DNA from: Alphaproteobacteria bacterium | GTDB lineage: Bacteria; Pseudomonadota; Alphaproteobacteria; GCA-2731375 | Length of the DNA stretch: 64,000 nt | Assembly (NCBI GenBank): GCA_965232515.1 | Contig: CBDDPY010000002.1 | Location: forward strand, 4,896,001-4,960,000 | Direction: 5' to 3' | Shown: in pieces, positions 59,167 to 64,000 of the stretch | How positions within the stretch are numbered: position 1 is the stretch's first letter | Layout: every line of letters begins with the position of its first letter | Program-made: the position numbers and the translations under genes | Notes under the pieces: model-generated | Told to the model about the DNA's origin: nothing | Seen by the model: only the letters and a program-made list of their open reading frames with translations | Database searches by the model: none

Positions 59167-59204
59167 TCCGTATACGGATTAATTTGTCTGTACACGGACT
59201 AATT
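59161..59204. repeat. Perfect 24-bp palindrome with overlapping degenerate tandem copy
   Basis: AATTAATCCGTATACGGATTAATT (59161-59184) then AATTTGTCTGTACACGGACTAATT (59181-59204). Confidence 0.8.
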
Positions 59205-59256
59205 CGGCTGGCATAGTCCCGCTCACTTGGCGCAGCGAGCATGGAAGGATGGCGCG

Positions 59257-60321
59257 ATGCCCGCAGTGGAATTCGGCATGCAGTTCTTTCCCGACGTCGG
59301 CCCGGCCGAGAAGTCGGGCGCGGATTATTGGGGCGAGGCGCTGCGGCTCTCGGCGCTGGCCGACGCGCTCGGTTTCACCAACCTGCGCACGGTCGAGCAC
59401 TATTTCCACCCCTACGGCGGCTACAGCCCGAACCCGCTGATCTACCTGACGGCCGCCGCCATGCTGACCAAGAAAGCCCGGCTGATCACCGGCGCCGTGC
59501 TGCCGGCTTTCAACAATCCGCTGAAGCTCGCGGCCGAGATCGGCATGGTCGACGCGATCTCGAACGGCCGGCTCGAGGTTGGTTTCGCGCGGGCCTTCCT
59601 GCCGCACGAATTCGGTCATTTCGGCGTCTCGCTGGACGAGAGCCGCGCCCGCTTCGACGAGGGCGTCGAGCAGGTCCAGGCCCTGCTGGCGAACGAGACG
59701 GCGAGCATGGACGGCCGCTTCCATTCCTTCAAGGACGTGACCTCGCTGCCGCGGCCGACGCAAACGCCGCACCCGCCGTTCTGGATCGCTGCGCTCGCGA
59801 CGCCGGAATCGTTCGAGCGCGCCGGCGCGCGCGGCTTCGGCGTCATGGCCATTCCCTTGGCCGGCGGCCAGATGGCCGAACTGATTGGCCTCTACCGCGA
59901 CGCCTGGGCCAAGGCCGGCCATCCGGGTCGGGGTCGGGTCATGCTGGCCTTCCATATGTTCTGCCATGAAGACGCTGGTGCCGCCGCCGATACCGCCCGC
60001 GCGCCGCTCAACGCCTATCTGAAATCTCTGGTCGACGGCGCCAGCCACTGGCTCTCGGGCGCCAACTCGACCGACTATCCCGGCTACGACAAGATCATCG
60101 CCGGCCTGTCGAAAGAAACCTTCGAGACTCAGGTCGCGAAGGGCGCCGCCTGGGTCGGCGATCCCGCCGCGATCCGTCAAACCATTGCCGACTATTACGA
60201 CCGCGTCGGCGGCTTCGAAATCGCCTCGCTGCAGGTCAACTTCAACACGATCGCCGTCGACGACGCCGAGCGTTCGGTCCGCCTGTTCTCGAAAGAGGTG
60301 ATGCCGCACTTCGGCGGCTGA
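59257..60321 (+). CDS. LLM-class (luciferase-like) flavin-dependent oxidoreductase
   Basis: EHYF, PLKLAAE, D.ISNGRLEVG.AR, PRP.Q.PHPP.W, LF.KEVMP. Confidence 0.92.
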   Translation: MPAVEFGMQFFPDVGPAEKSGADYWGEALRLSALADALGFTNLRTVEHYFHPYGGYSPNPLIYLTAAAMLTKKARLITGAVLPAFNNPLKLAAEIGMVDAISNGRLEVGFARAFLPHEFGHFGVSLDESRARFDEGVEQVQALLANETASMDGRFHSFKDVTSLPRPTQTPHPPFWIAALATPESFERAGARGFGVMAIPLAGGQMAELIGLYRDAWAKAGHPGRGRVMLAFHMFCHEDAGAAADTARAPLNAYLKSLVDGASHWLSGANSTDYPGYDKIIAGLSKETFETQVAKGAAWVGDPAAIRQTIADYYDRVGGFEIASLQVNFNTIAVDDAERSVRLFSKEVMPHFGG

Positions 60322-60330
60322 TCTGCCAGC

Positions 60331-61905
60331 TCAGTTTTCGGCCTTGCCCGCGTTGGCGGGCAGGTCGATATGCACGGTCGTGCCCTGGCCCGGCGCGCTG
60401 TCGATGGCGATCTCGCCGCCATGGGCATCGATGATCGCGCGCGCCAGCAGCAGGCCGATGCCGACGCCGCCCTGTTCCCTGGCATAGGGGCCGTCGATCT
60501 GACCGAACGGCTTGAAGATCTCCTCCAGGCCTTCGGGCGGGATGCCGTGGCCCTTGTCGGCCACGGTGACGCGCAGTCTGGTCGGTGTCGGCCGGGTCAG
60601 GCTGATGCGGACCGTGCCGCCGACATCGCTGAATTTCACGGCGTTCGAGATCACTTCGCCGAGCGCGATGCCAAGCTTCTGGCGGTCGCCGCGCAGGGTG
60701 GCATCGCCGCGCTGCAGCCGACGCGCCAGCTTGATGTCGCGTGCGAACATCGGCTCGGCCGCCTTGTCGAGCTCCCGGGCGACCAGTGCGCGCAGATCGA
60801 CCTTGTCGTCCGCCAGGTTCAGCTTGTGCCGTACGAAACCCTCGAGCGACAACATCCGCAGCACCTGCGCTTCCAGGCTGCCGGCCGACTGCGCGATGTC
60901 GTTCAGCACCGACAGCTGCCGCTTGTCGCAGATGGCGCCGTAGGCGCCGGCGGAGAGCGCCTGGGCGAAGCCGCCGATATGGTTCAGCGGCGTCAGGAAC
61001 TCGTGGCTCAGGTTCGACAGGAAGTTGGCCCGCGCCTCCTTGTCCAGCATGGCGAGCGCCGCCGTCTGCGCCTCCTGTACATGCTGCTTTTCGCGGCGAT
61101 CGAACTCGGTTACGTCTTCGCAGGTCGACACCGAGCGGCCGTCCGTCAGCGGCCGGTGCGTGACCGAGATCATTCGGCCGTCTTTCAGCTTCTGTTCGTA
61201 GCTCGTGGTGCCCGGCGTGCGGAACTGCTGCATGCGGCTGGCGATCGCGGCGTCGCGGTCGGGCGGATCGTAGTTTCCGATCTCGATGCTGTAGCGCAGG
61301 ATCTCCTCGATGCTGACGCCGGGTCGCACCCGATGGGAAGAGAAGCCATACATGTCGAGATAGGTCTGGTTGCAGACGATCAAACGCTCGTCGGCGTCGA
61401 ACAGGCAGATGCCGTTGCGGGCATTGTCCAGTGCCAGGTTCAGCAAGCTATTCTTCTCGCCGAGCTGCACCATTGTCCGCTTGAGTTCGCTCTCCACCTC
61501 GCTCAATCGCTCGCGGTCGCGCAGACTGCTCAGCACGTGCTGAAGCGCCCGGTCGACCAGATGGAGCTCGATCTCGTCGCGCCCGAGATAGTCCACGATC
61601 TCGTCCCCGTTGGCGTCAATCGCGGTCGGCGCGGTCATGCCGATGACGATTATCGGCGGACAGGATTGGGCGGCAAGGATCGCATCGGGAAGCCGGCCGT
61701 CGGAATCGCACAGACGAGCGCCGACGAAGCAGACGCCGTAATCGCCGCCGGCCAGACGGCGGGCCGCGCTGTCCGCTGTCGCCGCCACGTCGACGGCGCG
61801 GAACCGGTGCCGCGTCCGCGACAGTGCGTCGGTCAGCCGCCGGCGGCAATCGGTGTCGTCCATGACCAACAGGCAACGCGGCGCTGGCGCGGCCGCGCGG
61901 GTCAT
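60331..61905 (-). CDS. Cytoplasmic sensor histidine kinase (degenerate receiver, PAS, HisKA, HATPase)
   Basis: GICLFDADERLIVCN PAS; SHEFLTPLN H-box; SNAVKF, DKGHGI, GVGIGL N/G boxes. Confidence 0.88.
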   Translation of the reverse strand: MTRAAAPAPRCLLVMDDTDCRRRLTDALSRTRHRFRAVDVAATADSAARRLAGGDYGVCFVGARLCDSDGRLPDAILAAQSCPPIIVIGMTAPTAIDANGDEIVDYLGRDEIELHLVDRALQHVLSSLRDRERLSEVESELKRTMVQLGEKNSLLNLALDNARNGICLFDADERLIVCNQTYLDMYGFSSHRVRPGVSIEEILRYSIEIGNYDPPDRDAAIASRMQQFRTPGTTSYEQKLKDGRMISVTHRPLTDGRSVSTCEDVTEFDRREKQHVQEAQTAALAMLDKEARANFLSNLSHEFLTPLNHIGGFAQALSAGAYGAICDKRQLSVLNDIAQSAGSLEAQVLRMLSLEGFVRHKLNLADDKVDLRALVARELDKAAEPMFARDIKLARRLQRGDATLRGDRQKLGIALGEVISNAVKFSDVGGTVRISLTRPTPTRLRVTVADKGHGIPPEGLEEIFKPFGQIDGPYAREQGGVGIGLLLARAIIDAHGGEIAIDSAPGQGTTVHIDLPANAGKAEN

Positions 61906-62174
61906 GATCTCGACGGTCCCGGTCGGCGCGCCGGTTCGCCCTGGTGCCTGGTCGCCCACGGGACGCTTGTCTCTGGTTGCCTGTCCATTCCCACACGTGG
62001 GGTTAGATTGCCCCGATCACAAATTACCCGCCATCGGCTAACGAACCGTCAACCGCAATCTTCTAATGCATCGGCCGGCCAGGAACCGCTTGTCTTGGCG
62101 GGTTCGAGGGGTCACGCTATTCGCTTGTCAATGAGAGCCGCTCAGGCCGTCGCGATCGCAACAGGGAGAACCGC

Positions 62175-63344
62175 ATGTCACTTCAGGACAGCCTCAACAC
62201 TTTGTTAGGGAATGCCGTTTCGAACGGCGATGTGCCGGGCGTGGTCGCCGCGGTCACCGACCGTGACGGCAATATCTATGAAGGCGGTTTCGGCGAGCGG
62301 GTGCTCGGCGGCGGCGCCGCTATGACGCCGGACACCGTGGTCTGGATCGCCTCGATGACCAAGGCCGTCACCGGGGCCGCGGCCATGCAGCTGGTCGAGC
62401 AGGGCAAGCTCGACCTCGACGCGCCGGCCGGCAACGTGGTCTCGCACCTGGGCGAAGTGGAGGTGCTGGACGGGTTTGACGACAACGGCCAGCCCAGGTT
62501 GCGGGCGCCGAAGCGGCCGGTGACGCTGCGCCACCTGCTGACGCATACCGCCGGCTACGCCTACGAGATCTGGGACGGGTCAATCGTCAAATACCAGGAG
62601 GCCAAGGGCCTGCCGGGCGTCACCACCTGCGAGAACGCGGCCCTTCTGACGCCGTTGCTGTTCGATCCGGGCGACCGCTGGGAATACGGCATCAATATCG
62701 ACTGGGCCGGCAAGATGGTCGAGGAGGTCAGCGGCCAGAAGCTCGGCGACTACATGCAGGCGAACATCTTCGCGCCGCTGGGCATGACCTCGACGGCCTT
62801 CAAGATCACGGCCGAGATGCGGGCGCGCATGGCCAAGATCCATCAGCGCGGCGACGACGACGGTTTCGAGGCACTGGACCTGGAACTGCCGCAGGAGCCC
62901 GAGTTCGAGATGGGCGGCGGCGGTCTGTACTCGACCGTTGGCGACTACACGAAGTTCATCCGCATGATCCTGAACAACGGCAGCGCCAACGGCCAGCAGG
63001 TCCTCAAGCCCGAGACCGTCGAGATGATGTCGCGGAACCAGATGGGCGATTGCCGGGTGTCGATGCTGAAGACCATGATGCCGCCGTTGTCGAACGACGC
63101 CGAGTTCTTCCCCGGCATGTCGAAAACCTGGGGCCTCAGCTTCATGATCAACGACGAGGACGCGCCGACCGGCCGTCCGGCCGGCAGCCTCGCCTGGGCC
63201 GGGCTCGCCAACTCCTACTACTGGATCGACCCCAAGAACGGCATCGGCGGCGCCTACGCGACGCAGATCCTGCCCTTCGTCGACAAGAAGTCGTTGCCGC
63301 TCTATCTCGACCTCGAGACCGCGGTCTACCGGAACCTGTCGTAG
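62175..63344 (+). CDS. Beta-lactamase-fold serine hydrolase (family VIII esterase-like)
   Basis: ASMTK (SxxK), LLTHTAG, WEYG, WAGLANSYYWIDP; GGGAG RBS. Confidence 0.92.
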   Translation: MSLQDSLNTLLGNAVSNGDVPGVVAAVTDRDGNIYEGGFGERVLGGGAAMTPDTVVWIASMTKAVTGAAAMQLVEQGKLDLDAPAGNVVSHLGEVEVLDGFDDNGQPRLRAPKRPVTLRHLLTHTAGYAYEIWDGSIVKYQEAKGLPGVTTCENAALLTPLLFDPGDRWEYGINIDWAGKMVEEVSGQKLGDYMQANIFAPLGMTSTAFKITAEMRARMAKIHQRGDDDGFEALDLELPQEPEFEMGGGGLYSTVGDYTKFIRMILNNGSANGQQVLKPETVEMMSRNQMGDCRVSMLKTMMPPLSNDAEFFPGMSKTWGLSFMINDEDAPTGRPAGSLAWAGLANSYYWIDPKNGIGGAYATQILPFVDKKSLPLYLDLETAVYRNLS

Positions 63345-63420
63345 CGGCTGCGGGACGGCGGTCGCGCGGGAAACGATGCGCGGTCGCCGTCTCCAAGTCG
63401 GTCGGTGATGCGGAGAGCGA

Positions 63421-64000
63421 ATGTCGGCGGCCGGTTTCGAGACCATACCGCGGATCGACGTTGCCGGGCTCTATGACGGTGGCCCGCGGGCGCGGCGCGA
63501 TCTGGCGCGTCGGCTGCACGGGGCGCTTCGCGATGTCGGCTTTGCCTATGTCACCGGCCACCGGGTCGCCGGCGACCTGATCGACGGTCTGCGCGCGCAG
63601 GCCAGGCGCTTCTTCGCGCTGCCCATGGCCGACAAGCAGGCCATCGCCATCAACGCCCAGCACCGGGGTTACATGGCGCCCAACAGCTCGACCATCGTCA
63701 CCTCGTCGGTGGCGACGGTCCGCAAGCCGAACCAGAGCGAGTCTTTCCTGGCCCTGCACGAGCTGGCGCCGGACGATCCTGATGTCGTCGCCGGCAGGCC
63801 GTTGCAGGGGCCGAACCAGTGGCCCGCCGCGTTGCCGTCGTTCCGGCCGGCGGCATTGGCGTACATGGCCGCGATGGAAGCGCTGTCGCGCCGTCTGGTC
63901 GGCCTGATCGCGCTCGGCCTTGATCTGCCGGAGGACTACTTCGCGCCATACTTCGAGCGCCCGACGGTGTTCCTGCGCCTGCTGCATTATCCGCCGACAC
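63421..64000 (+). CDS. Isopenicillin N synthase-like 2OG-Fe(II) oxygenase, 3'-truncated by window edge
   Basis: Absent from the ORF track; frame from ATG 63421 reads MSAAGFETIPRIDV...VGFAYVTGH...FFALP...HRGY...GPNQWP...LRLLHYPP. Confidence 0.88.
   Translation, partial: MSAAGFETIPRIDVAGLYDGGPRARRDLARRLHGALRDVGFAYVTGHRVAGDLIDGLRAQARRFFALPMADKQAIAINAQHRGYMAPNSSTIVTSSVATVRKPNQSESFLALHELAPDDPDVVAGRPLQGPNQWPAALPSFRPAALAYMAAMEALSRRLVGLIALGLDLPEDYFAPYFERPTVFLRLLHYPPT

Noticed and set aside
59161-59204. Tandem palindromes as a CRISPR array
   Set aside because: Only two overlapping units, no spacers and no cas genes.
59209-59223. TGGCATAGTCCCGCT as a sigma54 promoter for the LLM gene
   Set aside because: GG-to-GC spacing is 9 nt, not the required 10.
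62175-64000. Beta-lactamase-fold gene next to an IPNS-like gene as a beta-lactam biosynthesis or resistance cluster
   Set aside because: Both are large generic superfamilies; the hydrolase has no signal peptide and looks like a family VIII esterase; no NRPS is in view, though the window ends here.

Overview
High-GC alphaproteobacterial chromosomal window (Rhodospirillales/Rhizobiales-like gene content, inferred from sequence only). No rRNA, tRNA, CRISPR array, transposase or phage gene is visible. In order: a GldA/F/G-like ABC exporter plus a DUF4340 gene; htpG; nitroreductase, DUF1223 and acnA on the minus strand; an acyl-CoA ligase / Liv-type ABC / PaaK-like ligase operon; a complete ccmABCDE-(2-hydroxyacid dehydrogenase)-FGHI cytochrome c maturation operon; a NitT/TauT ABC importer with an FAD oxidoreductase; an ArsI/CadI-like VOC gene paired with a SigZ-like ECF sigma factor; then about 30 kb of small regulator-enzyme-transporter modules. 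The strongest unannotated signals are a candidate sigma54-dependent ~128-nt sRNA (28385-28511, minus strand; resembles the alpha-r8/SuhB family), the Cys-rich arsI-sigZ module with its own ECF-type promoter, a perfect 24-bp palindrome with a tandem copy at 59161-59204, an orphan PEP-CTERM gene with putative enhancer and sigma54 sites, a DUF3237-like gene remnant, and several REP-like palindrome families, one of which supplies a gene's C-terminus and stop codon. Many start codons were re-picked by eye from RBS position and stop/start overlaps. Family assignments come from motif recognition, not database searches.
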